Positions 1 to 8,580 of a stretch of 64,000 nt of DNA are shown piece by piece; position 1 is the stretch's first letter; each line of letters starts with the position of its first letter. The DNA lies in NCBI GenBank assembly GCA_963677595.1, contig OY782041.1, positions 1,024,001 through 1,088,000 on the forward strand, written 5' to 3'. This stretch comes from Spirochaetia bacterium (GTDB lineage: Bacteria > Spirochaetota > Spirochaetia > CAKZLE01). The notes beneath the pieces are model-generated. The model did not search any database, was not told the DNA's origin, and was given only the letters and a program-made list of their open reading frames with translations. A program made the position numbers and the translations under genes.

Positions 1-2
1 GG

Positions 3-836
3 AAACTGCCTGAGGAGAAGAACTACTGGGACTCGACCGAACTCGACCGGCTCCACGTAGTCGCGGCCGGCTTCGAGCGGTGCCGCAGCGGGTACGCCAT
101 CCACCGGAAGGACTTCCCCTACTTCTCAGTCGAGTTCGTCGCTGACGGTACCGGGCAGCTGAAGCTGCAGGGGACCGAGTGTGAACTCTCTCGCGGCACC
201 ATCTTCGTCTACGGCCCCCAGCTCCCCCACGCCATATCCAGTACCGATGAGAAGGGCCTGGCCAAGTACTTCCTGAACATCTCCGGTCCTGATGCAGCAG
301 GGCTCCTGCAGTCTGCAGGCCTCCCCCCGGGAACGGTCACGCAGGTAGCGGCCCCCGGGGAGCTGCAACCGCTCTTCAACGAGCTGATCCGCAACGGGCA
401 GAAGCACAGCAGCTTCAGCGGCAGGATATGTGTATCATTGACCGAACTGATCCTCATGAAGATCGAAGAGAACGCGCTGCCGTTCCCGGGAAGGAACAGC
501 AGGGGGTACCGGACCTTCAGCCGCTGCCGGAGCATCATCGAGCAGGATTTCATCACCTTCGGGAGTCTGGAAGAGGCAGCAGTCGCCTGTAATGTAGGGA
601 CTGCGTACCTGTGCAGGCTGTTCAAGCAGTTCGCGCACCAGAGCCCCTACCAGTACCTGGTACGCCTCAAGCTGAACCGGGCGGCAGAGATCCTCCATGA
701 CCCATCGGTGATGGTGAAAGAAGCAGCCTGGGCGGTGGGCTTCACCGATCCCTTCCACTTCAGCAGGGTCTTCACCCGGTTCTTCGGGATCTCACCGGCA
801 AAGTACAAAGCCACCTACGGGAAGGAATCAGATTGA
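3..836 (+). CDS. AraC-family transcriptional regulator (5' truncated by window edge)
   Basis: Frame is open from base 3 into ORF 438..836. N-terminal cupin-like region; C-terminal AraC HTH (YLCRLFK...AWAVGFTDPFHFSRVFTRFFGISP). Confidence 0.9.
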   Translation, partial: KLPEEKNYWDSTELDRLHVVAAGFERCRSGYAIHRKDFPYFSVEFVADGTGQLKLQGTECELSRGTIFVYGPQLPHAISSTDEKGLAKYFLNISGPDAAGLLQSAGLPPGTVTQVAAPGELQPLFNELIRNGQKHSSFSGRICVSLTELILMKIEENALPFPGRNSRGYRTFSRCRSIIEQDFITFGSLEEAAVACNVGTAYLCRLFKQFAHQSPYQYLVRLKLNRAAEILHDPSVMVKEAAWAVGFTDPFHFSRVFTRFFGISPAKYKATYGKESD

Positions 837-919
837 GACCTGTTGCATCCCTGTCGGTATTCTTACTATAGTAAGGAAGAATCCCGGTCACGGGAAACGA
901 GATCGGGAGCAGGAAGCCA

Positions 920-2827
920 ATGATCTATCTGAGAAACACAAAGAGCCAGCGGTTCATCACCTACATCGGGATTGCACTGGCTATCCACATCCTGGTCCTC
1001 TCCGGCATGAATGTGTTCAACAGGCGCGACCATGCCGATGCCCTCATGAAGCCTTCAGTCATCAACCTTGATACGATCGTCAGTCCCAGGGACCAGGCAG
1101 AACCTGCCGTCAGGGCAGTCGACCCGACCCGGTATACCTCGACACAGGCGTTACGGGACCATGTGCTGATGGTGCTCCCTGATCTTGGCGAGGATACCAG
1201 CTCCCTGATCCGTATCGTCTCTTCCACTGGGGAACCGTTCTCCATCATCATCGAAGATACCCACGCCCTCTTCACCCTGACGGCCGGGGGGAGCCTGGTC
1301 GGGCAGAACATCTCACCTGAGGTATCCGGCTATTCCCCCAACCGGGCATACACGCTCTACGAGTTCTCGCATGCTGAGTATGTGCAGGGCCCTGGTGTAT
1401 ATACGCTCGATATCACGATATCGGCAAGCTACCGTACCAGCGGGATGCAGGAGAACGCATACTTCCTGATCGGCAGCACCGATGCCGCCAACCGCTATAT
1501 CCAGCGAAGGCTCATGACCGCCTCGATGATCTTCGGTGGGTTCGTGCTCCTCCTCATCGCAAGCGTCATCCTGCTCATCCGCTTCCGTGCAGGCTATATC
1601 CTCGCCACGACATGCATGAGCCTGGTCATGGCCCTGCGCTTCATCCTACTCGGGGAATACCCCGTCTTCGGTTCCTTCCAGCTCTACTCCCATGAGATCA
1701 TGTTCCTTGCGGACTATTTCCTTGCCGTCCTGATCTTCCTGCTCAGCCAGCTGCTGGCTATATCACTGTTCCGGATCACGCTATCGAGGGCGCTGGTCGC
1801 CCTCTACAGCATCCTGTTCGTGGGACTGGAGATGTTCGGCATCATCAAGGGGTATATGCCCATCATATCCCTCATGCATATCGTGGGGATCGGGGTCACG
1901 ATCCATGCCGCGTCATCCGACCGTAGTGATTACAGCGGGTACAGTCTCTTCACGATCTTGACCTACAGCCTCTTCTCTGCAAGCATCACCCACCAGGTCC
2001 TCCTCTACCAGGGACTCTCAGTCCGTGGGGCATCCATCGCGATGATGTTCACCAACCAGTTCAGCGCCCTGCTCTATATCGGGAGTATCCTCTATGCAGT
2101 CATCATGAGCAGTACGCAGCGACTGCGGGAACTGGAACAGAAGCAGCAGGCCTTCGAGCGCAGCATCCTGCTCAGGGGCATCAGCCACGACCTCAAGCTC
2201 CCGATCTCGGTGATCAAGCTCAGGACCCAGATGAGAAGCAGGTACCACCTGACCGATGAGGAGAGCCGGGACTATGACGAGGTGATCCTGCAGGCTACCG
2301 GGGAGCTTGAGGAGATGGCAGAGGATATCAACGCATACATGCATGCGGTCTCCGAGACCGATGAGGAGGGGACCTGCCAGGTGCGGGAACAGCTCGGCTA
2401 TATCGCAGCCCGTTACGCCAATTTCGGCGATGAACGCGGGATCAGCTTCCACACTGAGCTCGATACGGCGGAGTGCCTGATCGCGACCAGCCCATTGAAG
2501 TTCGAGCGGATGCTGTGTAACCTCATAGACAATGCGTTCACCTACAGTGAGCCTGGCGGGACCGTGAAGCTGCGCTACTCATGTGGGAAGCAGGTGCTGA
2601 TCTCTGTAGAGGATGAAGGCATAGGGATGGATGAACGTGTCCTTGAGCTGATCATGAAGCCCTTCTACCGGCTCGATGCCAGCAGGAACTCCCATGGCTC
2701 TGGACTCGGCCTGACTGTCGTCAAGGCCGTGGCGGAGAGCCTGAACGCCGAGCTCAGCTTCGCAAGCACCCCGGGCAAAGGGACCCGGGTGACGATCACC
2801 ATTCCCGGCAAGCGGGGATCTTTTTAA
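920..2827 (+). CDS. Multi-TM sensor histidine kinase
   Basis: H-box ISHDLKLPI, N-box NLIDNA, G boxes DEGIG and GSGLGL; about 7 TM segments. Confidence 0.9.
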   Translation: MIYLRNTKSQRFITYIGIALAIHILVLSGMNVFNRRDHADALMKPSVINLDTIVSPRDQAEPAVRAVDPTRYTSTQALRDHVLMVLPDLGEDTSSLIRIVSSTGEPFSIIIEDTHALFTLTAGGSLVGQNISPEVSGYSPNRAYTLYEFSHAEYVQGPGVYTLDITISASYRTSGMQENAYFLIGSTDAANRYIQRRLMTASMIFGGFVLLLIASVILLIRFRAGYILATTCMSLVMALRFILLGEYPVFGSFQLYSHEIMFLADYFLAVLIFLLSQLLAISLFRITLSRALVALYSILFVGLEMFGIIKGYMPIISLMHIVGIGVTIHAASSDRSDYSGYSLFTILTYSLFSASITHQVLLYQGLSVRGASIAMMFTNQFSALLYIGSILYAVIMSSTQRLRELEQKQQAFERSILLRGISHDLKLPISVIKLRTQMRSRYHLTDEESRDYDEVILQATGELEEMAEDINAYMHAVSETDEEGTCQVREQLGYIAARYANFGDERGISFHTELDTAECLIATSPLKFERMLCNLIDNAFTYSEPGGTVKLRYSCGKQVLISVEDEGIGMDERVLELIMKPFYRLDASRNSHGSGLGLTVVKAVAESLNAELSFASTPGKGTRVTITIPGKRGSF

Positions 2828-2829
2828 GA

Positions 2830-3894
2830 TCAGGTGTTCCTGATCTCCAACTCCGTTGCTACCACGACATCATCAGCCGTCCCGCCCTCGGCAAGGCGGA
2901 AGATCTCTTCTACCGCGCTGATCCCGATCCTGACCAGGTTCTGGGATACCGTGGTGAGGGGGAAATAGCTGGTGGTACGGTCGGTCATGTCACCATAGCC
3001 GATGACTGAGACATCTTTCCCGACCAGGAGCCTGAGCTCCGTCAGCGCCCCGATCACCCCGATCGCCTCATAGTCATTGGCACAGACGACTGTATCAGCC
3101 CGGTTGTCGCGGAAGAACTCAAGCGTGACGTCATGGCCCGTGATCGCGTCAAAGTCGCTGTCCCTGAAGTAGATGTCCCGATTCATGATCAGGCCGTACT
3201 CGTCGGCAGCCTTGTGGATCCCCTGGATCTTCTGGGAAGCGTTATACTGGTAGTCCCTGCCCTTGAGGATGAGGAAACTCCTGCTCCCCTTCTCCCTCAC
3301 GAGGTACCGCATAGCCGCCTGCATCGAGGCATCATAGTCGTTGATGATCGAGGAGGCTCCCTGCAGCTTCCACTCGATCGTTACGAAGGGGATGATCTTC
3401 GCTGCCTCCACACACTTCTGCTTGACCTCGCCGAAGGCCTCCTCGATGAAGATGACCGCGGCATTCTGATCCATGACATCGGAGAGGAGCTTGACGGTAT
3501 CCTCGTTCCATAACAGTTTATCGGTGTCGAGGCTGTGGACGATGACCTCCCAGCCCTTGGGGTAGGCTGTCGAGAAGACCCCCTGCAGGATCTTTGTGAA
3601 GAACGAGAGAGATGATGAGGGCAGGAAGACATGGATCTGCTTGTTTACCCGGTCAGCGAGCGGTTTCACGAAGTTCCCGAGTCCCCGCCTGGAATAGATA
3701 TAGTGTTCGTTACGCAGCTCGGTATAGACCCTTTGTGCAGTCGTTAGGGCTACATTCGCGAGCCGTGCGATATCCCGTACCGAGGGGAGCGCATCGTCAG
3801 GCTGGTATTCGCCCAGCACGATCGCTGTCTTGATCTGGTTCTTGATCTGCTGGAACGGGGGTATTGTGCTGTTCTTGTCGACCTGTAGATTCAC
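2830..3894 (-). CDS. GntR wHTH fused to LacI-type sugar-binding domain (AraR-like)
   Basis: PPFQQIKNQIK...LPSVRDIA N-terminus; CANDYEAIG, VIGYGD, LTTVSQ C-terminus. GTG start at 3894 inferred. Confidence 0.85.
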   Translation of the reverse strand: MNLQVDKNSTIPPFQQIKNQIKTAIVLGEYQPDDALPSVRDIARLANVALTTAQRVYTELRNEHYIYSRRGLGNFVKPLADRVNKQIHVFLPSSSLSFFTKILQGVFSTAYPKGWEVIVHSLDTDKLLWNEDTVKLLSDVMDQNAAVIFIEEAFGEVKQKCVEAAKIIPFVTIEWKLQGASSIINDYDASMQAAMRYLVREKGSRSFLILKGRDYQYNASQKIQGIHKAADEYGLIMNRDIYFRDSDFDAITGHDVTLEFFRDNRADTVVCANDYEAIGVIGALTELRLLVGKDVSVIGYGDMTDRTTSYFPLTTVSQNLVRIGISAVEEIFRLAEGGTADDVVVATELEIRNT

Positions 3895-3961
3895 GCAGTG
3901 CACCTTCCTTCTGGAGTCTCTCCCTATAGTAGTGGGATATGGGCTGACAGTCAATCACAAA

Positions 3962-3975
3962 CTGTCCTAGGACAG
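3962..3975. promoter_or_regulatory. Palindromic operator CTGTCCTAGGACAG
   Basis: Perfect 14-bp palindrome between the divergent regulator and reductase genes. Confidence 0.65.
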
Positions 3976-4046
3976 GTATAACAGTTCGTGCCAGTCCTGG
4001 AAATCTATCATCTTTCATCTTTACTTATCATGCAATTTGTGTTACA

Positions 4047-4058
4047 GTGTACTAGTAC
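4047..4058. promoter_or_regulatory. Second related operator TGTACTAGTACA
   Basis: Perfect 12-bp palindrome with the same TGTnCTAGnACA core, upstream of the reductase RBS. Confidence 0.6.
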
Positions 4059-4084
4059 AGCTTTACGAATAGAAGGAGTCCACT

Positions 4085-5113
4085 ATGTCAGGAACATTCA
4101 ACATAGCCAGTGACGGGATCGACCCAAATACCGTACCGAAACGGGTACTCTATACAGGAGACAGGATCCCCGCAGTCGGTCTCGGGACCTTCGGTTCCGA
4201 CCGGTTCAGCGCAGAAGAGATAGCAGCGGCAGTCATCGGGGCGGCCGAAGTCGGGTACCGGCACTTCGACTGTGCCTCAGTCTACGGGAACGAGAAAGAG
4301 GTCGGGAAGTCACTGAAAGTCATCATCGACGGCGGCATCAAGCGAGAGGAGCTTTGGGTCACCTCTAAGGTATGGAACGACATGCACCATGATGTCATCG
4401 GGTCCTGCAAGCAGTCCCTCGAGGACCTCGGACTCGACTACCTTGACCTCTACCTCGTCCACTGGCCGTTCCCCAACTACCATCCGCCAGGATGTGATGT
4501 GGATTCCCGCTCCCCAGATGCCAGACCCTATATCCATGAGGAGTTCATGAAGACCTGGGGACAGATGGAGCAGCTCGTGGAGATGGGCCTGGTGCGCAAC
4601 ATCGGGACCTCGAACACGACCATACCGAAGATGAAGCTCATCCTGCGGGACGCGAAGATCAAGCCGGCTGTCAACGAGATGGAACTCCATCCCCACTTCC
4701 AGCAGCAGGAGTTCTTCGACTACCTCATAGCCAATGATGTCCACCCGATCGGGTACACTCCCATCGGGTCACCGAACCGGCCTGACCGGGACAAGACGGA
4801 GACCGACACGGTCGACCTCGAGGATCCTGTGATCGTCGAGATCGCCAAGGCCCATGGCGTACACCCTGCGATCATCTGCATCAAGTGGGCTATACAGCGC
4901 GGGCAGACCCCCATCCCCTTCTCCATACACCGCAGGAACTACCTGAGCAACCTCAAGAGCTCGGTTGAGGACCCGCTCACGGAAGAAGAGATGGCAGCGA
5001 TCGCCGGGATCGACAAGGGATGCCGGTTGATCAAGGGACAGGTCTTCCTCTGGAAGGAAGACCAGGACTGGACAGCACTCTGGGATACCGATGGAGAGAT
5101 AACGCCTCCCTGA
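4085..5113 (+). CDS. Aldo/keto reductase
   Basis: GLGT, GYRHFDCASVYGNE, TSKVW, LDYLDLYLVHWP; RBS AAGGAG. Confidence 0.95.
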   Translation: MSGTFNIASDGIDPNTVPKRVLYTGDRIPAVGLGTFGSDRFSAEEIAAAVIGAAEVGYRHFDCASVYGNEKEVGKSLKVIIDGGIKREELWVTSKVWNDMHHDVIGSCKQSLEDLGLDYLDLYLVHWPFPNYHPPGCDVDSRSPDARPYIHEEFMKTWGQMEQLVEMGLVRNIGTSNTTIPKMKLILRDAKIKPAVNEMELHPHFQQQEFFDYLIANDVHPIGYTPIGSPNRPDRDKTETDTVDLEDPVIVEIAKAHGVHPAIICIKWAIQRGQTPIPFSIHRRNYLSNLKSSVEDPLTEEEMAAIAGIDKGCRLIKGQVFLWKEDQDWTALWDTDGEITPP

Positions 5114-5205
5114 CCTCCATCATACTTGTTTTATTCTCCTTTTGTCCCGATGGCTTCGTTGAAGTCATCGGGATCTTTGTCTGGTATTCTCTCCCATAGC
5201 ATTTG

Positions 5206-5238
5206 ATAATCTCCCATGACATGGTATAATATGGGAGA
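5206..5238. promoter_or_regulatory. Inverted repeat ATAATCTCCCA-N15-TGGGAGA over the Fic promoter
   Basis: Overlaps TTGATA (5203-5208) and TGgTATAAT (5222-5230). Extra half-site TCTCCCAT at 5190-5197. Confidence 0.65.
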
Positions 5239-5260
5239 AAAGGAATGTGGTGGGTGAAAG

Positions 5261-6316
5261 ATGCATACATTCGATTACATGAAACTGAAAGAAAGCACAT
5301 GGGATGGCGAGATCCTGTCTTTCGTGGCTCAGATACACGAATGTAAAGGGAAACAGGCACTCTACATTCGGCAGAAAACGATTGAACTGGAACGCCTGAT
5401 CGAGGTGGCTAAAATCCAAAGCACTGAGAGCTCTAACAGGATCGAGGGTATCCACACCTCGAGTACAAGGATACGGCAACTGGTCAAAGAGAAAACTACA
5501 CCACGGGATCGGGACGAACAGGAGATCGCCGGATACCGGGATGTCCTGAATACGATTCATGGGAGCTATGAACATATACCTCTTACATCTGCGATAATCC
5601 TGCAGCTCCATAGAGATCTCTTGGCTTATACGAACATATCATTTGGTGGTCAGTTCAAGAATACCCAGAACCATATCAGCGAGACCTATGCTGACGGGAC
5701 AGTCGTCACCAGGTTCACCCCGCTTGCTCCATTTGAGACTCCACAAGCTGTGGAAGCACTATGCTCCAGCTATCGAGAAGCATTCAATACACGGGTGATT
5801 GACCCGCTCATCCTGATTCCCATCGTTATCTGTGACTTCTTGTGTATACATCCATTCAACGATGGGAATGGACGTATGAGTAGACTCTTGACTTCATTGC
5901 TGCTGTACCAGAGCGGATACCTCCCAGGCAGGTATATAAGTATTGAGAAGAAGATCGAGAAGACGAAGGAAGCCTACTATGATGTACTCGGACAGGCCTC
6001 TGACAAGTGGCATCAAGGGGGAAATGATTATACACCGCTTATCAAATACTTTTTAGGGATCGTCCTTAATTGCTATAACGACCTTGAGAAACGGATTGAC
6101 TCTATTGACTATAGCAGGACTCCCTATGATATCGTAAAAAAGACTGTGAGTGAGCGTCTGGGCATATTCACGAAGATGGAGATCCTAAATCTGTGTCCGA
6201 GTATTAAAAGCTCATCTGTTGAGGCAGCTTTGAAGAGACTCAAGGAAGAGGGATATATCCTCATGCAGGGAGCCGGCAGGAGTACCTCATATGTTCGGAA
6301 TCCCGAATCCATATAA
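5261..6316 (+). CDS. Fic family protein with C-terminal wHTH
   Basis: HPFNDGNGRMSR Fic motif; N-terminal SSNRIEG inhibitory-helix motif. Confidence 0.93.
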   Translation: MHTFDYMKLKESTWDGEILSFVAQIHECKGKQALYIRQKTIELERLIEVAKIQSTESSNRIEGIHTSSTRIRQLVKEKTTPRDRDEQEIAGYRDVLNTIHGSYEHIPLTSAIILQLHRDLLAYTNISFGGQFKNTQNHISETYADGTVVTRFTPLAPFETPQAVEALCSSYREAFNTRVIDPLILIPIVICDFLCIHPFNDGNGRMSRLLTSLLLYQSGYLPGRYISIEKKIEKTKEAYYDVLGQASDKWHQGGNDYTPLIKYFLGIVLNCYNDLEKRIDSIDYSRTPYDIVKKTVSERLGIFTKMEILNLCPSIKSSSVEAALKRLKEEGYILMQGAGRSTSYVRNPESI

Positions 6317-6349
6317 TCTCCCAGACATACTCACCGTATGGGAGATTAT
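6313..6349. repeat. Second copy of the Fic-flanking palindrome ATAATCTCCCA-N15-TGGGAGATTAT
   Basis: Perfect 11-bp arms; the left arm contains the Fic TAA stop codon. Confidence 0.8.
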
Positions 6350-6938
6350 GGTAAAGCAGGAACCCATGGACGAAACACGAAGAGTCGCGTACAGTACAGG
6401 AATGGAACTGAAAGGATTAGCACAGCAGATGATAGGTCTCGGGGCTTCCGCCTCAGGGGTCGTGAAGGTAGGGGATATCATATTCGCACATGAGTTCAGG
6501 GCTGCCTGCGAGCAGAACTCCTGCGGGAAGTACGGCACCAACTGGATGTGCCCTCCCGGCGTCGGGGAGTTCGAGGAACTGAAGACACAGGTGGGTGCAT
6601 ACTCACACGGCATCGTGTTCCAGACGATCTCCCAACTCGAGGATTCCTTCGATTTCGAAGGGATGGAACAGGCAAAGACAGCCCATACTGCCGTATTCCA
6701 CAAGATCATCGGGTTTATGAGGCAGCAGGGCCTTACATCATTCCTGCCGCTGAATGCCGGGGAGTGCAGGGTATGCCAGACCTGCACCTACCCCGATGCA
6801 CCCTGCAGGTTCCCTGAACAGGCAGTCGCCTCGATCGAGTCATACGGGATAGACGTGCATGCCTTGGTGACATCCTGCGGATTGAACTATATCAACGGGA
6901 AGGATACGGTATCGTATGTGGGGATGGTGCTGTTGTAG
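6348..6938 (+). CDS. DUF2284-type Cys-rich metal-binding protein
   Basis: CEQNSCGKYGTNWMCPP, GECRVCQTC, CRFPE, ESYGIDV. Start uncertain. Confidence 0.85.
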   Translation: MVKQEPMDETRRVAYSTGMELKGLAQQMIGLGASASGVVKVGDIIFAHEFRAACEQNSCGKYGTNWMCPPGVGEFEELKTQVGAYSHGIVFQTISQLEDSFDFEGMEQAKTAHTAVFHKIIGFMRQQGLTSFLPLNAGECRVCQTCTYPDAPCRFPEQAVASIESYGIDVHALVTSCGLNYINGKDTVSYVGMVLL

Positions 6939-7026
6939 GGATTGCTCATGCTTCCTGAACCCGTGCTTTTACACCCTTTCAAACTTGACAATTGGAACAG
7001 AATATCCGATGCTACCTATGCAGTCA

Positions 7027-7130
7027 GTGGCGGCAGGATCACCCCACGTAAAAAACTGAAGGATTCGAACCGAATGGGATGGCGGTAGGGTTGCCCCATG
7101 TGAAAAACTGAAAAACCCGAACAGATCGGA
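7027..7130. repeat. Tandem 52-bp duplication, putative structured ncRNA
   Basis: Units 7027-7078 and 7079-7130, enclosed by TGCAGTC/GACTGCA. Confidence 0.7.
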
Positions 7131-7206
7131 CTGCAAATAAGCTTCTTGCCGTAGGCCTTAGTAGTTCAGGATGAACAGCCCATACTGGTGCTGTGTTAGG
7201 GATTGA

Positions 7207-7350
7207 TCATTCATCCGAATCTTCCCAGAGTTCCTCATCAATCTCCTCGAAGATTTCCTGGGAAGCATCGAACTCATCAGCGGCTTCCTGAGACCATGAA
7301 CCGGACAAGTCTGACAGATCCCTGGCTTTAGTTTTCTCGGTATCTTCCAC
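7207..7350 (-). CDS. 47-aa acidic peptide resembling a VapB-type antitoxin C-terminal segment
   Basis: AAGGAGG RBS, GTG start: MEDTEKTKARDLSDLSGSWSQEAADEFDASQEIFEEIDEELWEDSDE. Not in the ORF track. Confidence 0.6.
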   Translation of the reverse strand: MEDTEKTKARDLSDLSGSWSQEAADEFDASQEIFEEIDEELWEDSDE

Positions 7351-7368
7351 GGTATCCTCCTTACGATG

Positions 7369-7393
7369 GAAAGGGGCCACCGAAGTGACCCCT
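7369..7393 (-). terminator. Terminator-like hairpin after the ABC operon
   Basis: Minus strand AGGGGTCAC-TTCG-GTGGCCCCT-TT (cUUCGg loop; short U tract). Confidence 0.65.
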
Positions 7394-7432
7394 ATGAAAG
7401 ATTATAAGACGCTCAACCTCTTAGTCGAACGA

Positions 7433-8527
7433 TCAATCGTAAATCAGCCCCTTGATGTCATCATCGTCCATGTTGTCCTTGGTATAGAACTTGGCACCGG
7501 TATCGACGTCCGATACTGACTTGCCCATGTATGCATCGTAAGCGAGTGATACGGCCTTGTAACCGATCTGGTACGGATCCTGGGTGATCGAACCGAGGAA
7601 GTACTGGTTTCGGACAGCATCTTTCTGAGCCTTTCCAGCGTCGTAACCTACGACTACGAGTCCAGGGAATTTCCCAGGAAGGTCAGAACCGTCGTTGGTT
7701 GCAGCGAGGAGCCCCTTGACGGTTGACTCGTTCGAGCAGAAGATACCGAGAGTGTTAGCTGAAGATACCTTGTTGAGTACAGCCTGGGCTGCAGCAGTTG
7801 CATCGGTATTTGCAGCGGAAGCAGGAACGACCATGTCGATGAAGACAGTCTTGCCGCTTGTCGGGCTGTCAGCAGCGATGTAGGCAGGGTTACCTGTCAC
7901 AGCGATGTCTGATTTGCTCAGTCCGGTGTTTGCGACGATCAGGTCGATCATGGTATCCCTGAATCCCTTACCTCGGCTGAGGAGAGACTCACCGGAAGCA
8001 TCCTGGTTCAATACCACGAAGGTCACAGGCTTAGCCGGGGTAGCAGCAGCTACTTTGTCTTTGAGGACCTCGAACATCTTCTCGGCAGCGACACCGGCAG
8101 CGGCGTAGTTGTTAGTCGATGCATTGGCATAGATGGATCCAGCAGGGGCGTTAGGAACACCAGAGTCGAACCCGATCACGGGCATGCCCTTGTCAAGAGC
8201 ACTCTGGAGCTGATCCATGACTGAACCAGTATCAAGAGCAGCAAGACAAACAGCTACGGGGTTCTTTGCCATTGCGTTGTTCAGCATCTCGACCTGGATC
8301 TGGACGTCACTCTCAGTCGGTGGTCCCTCGAAGGTCATGTCTACGCCAAGCTTGGTAGCCGCATCCTGAGCACCAAGTTTTACCTGCTGCCAGAAGTCAT
8401 GCTGCTCGCCCTTTGATACGACAGCGATGTACGGTGTCTCTGGCTCGCCTTGGGCAAATACTGCCATGGACACACTTAAGAAAGCAAGTACTAACATGAT
8501 AGCCACAAATCGTTTTGAAACTTTCAT
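7433..8527 (-). CDS. Sugar ABC transporter substrate-binding protein (RbsB-like)
   Basis: Signal peptide; HDFWQQVKLG, VIGFDSG, QDPYQIGY; AGGAGG RBS before ATG 8527. Confidence 0.92.
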   Translation of the reverse strand: MKVSKRFVAIMLVLAFLSVSMAVFAQGEPETPYIAVVSKGEQHDFWQQVKLGAQDAATKLGVDMTFEGPPTESDVQIQVEMLNNAMAKNPVAVCLAALDTGSVMDQLQSALDKGMPVIGFDSGVPNAPAGSIYANASTNNYAAAGVAAEKMFEVLKDKVAAATPAKPVTFVVLNQDASGESLLSRGKGFRDTMIDLIVANTGLSKSDIAVTGNPAYIAADSPTSGKTVFIDMVVPASAANTDATAAAQAVLNKVSSANTLGIFCSNESTVKGLLAATNDGSDLPGKFPGLVVVGYDAGKAQKDAVRNQYFLGSITQDPYQIGYKAVSLAYDAYMGKSVSDVDTGAKFYTKDNMDDDDIKGLIYD

Positions 8528-8580
8528 AAAGTTCCTCCTCTTTATTTCACCAGCCCATACGGGCCGGGTATTCACAATGA

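Noticed and set aside
5206-6349. Integron cassette
   Set aside because: The flanking sites lack attC RYYYAAC/GTTRRRY boxes, and no integrase is in the window.
7061-7071. tRNA T-loop (GGTTCGAATCC on the minus strand)
   Set aside because: Only 2 bp of T-stem; no cloverleaf or correctly spaced acceptor stem.
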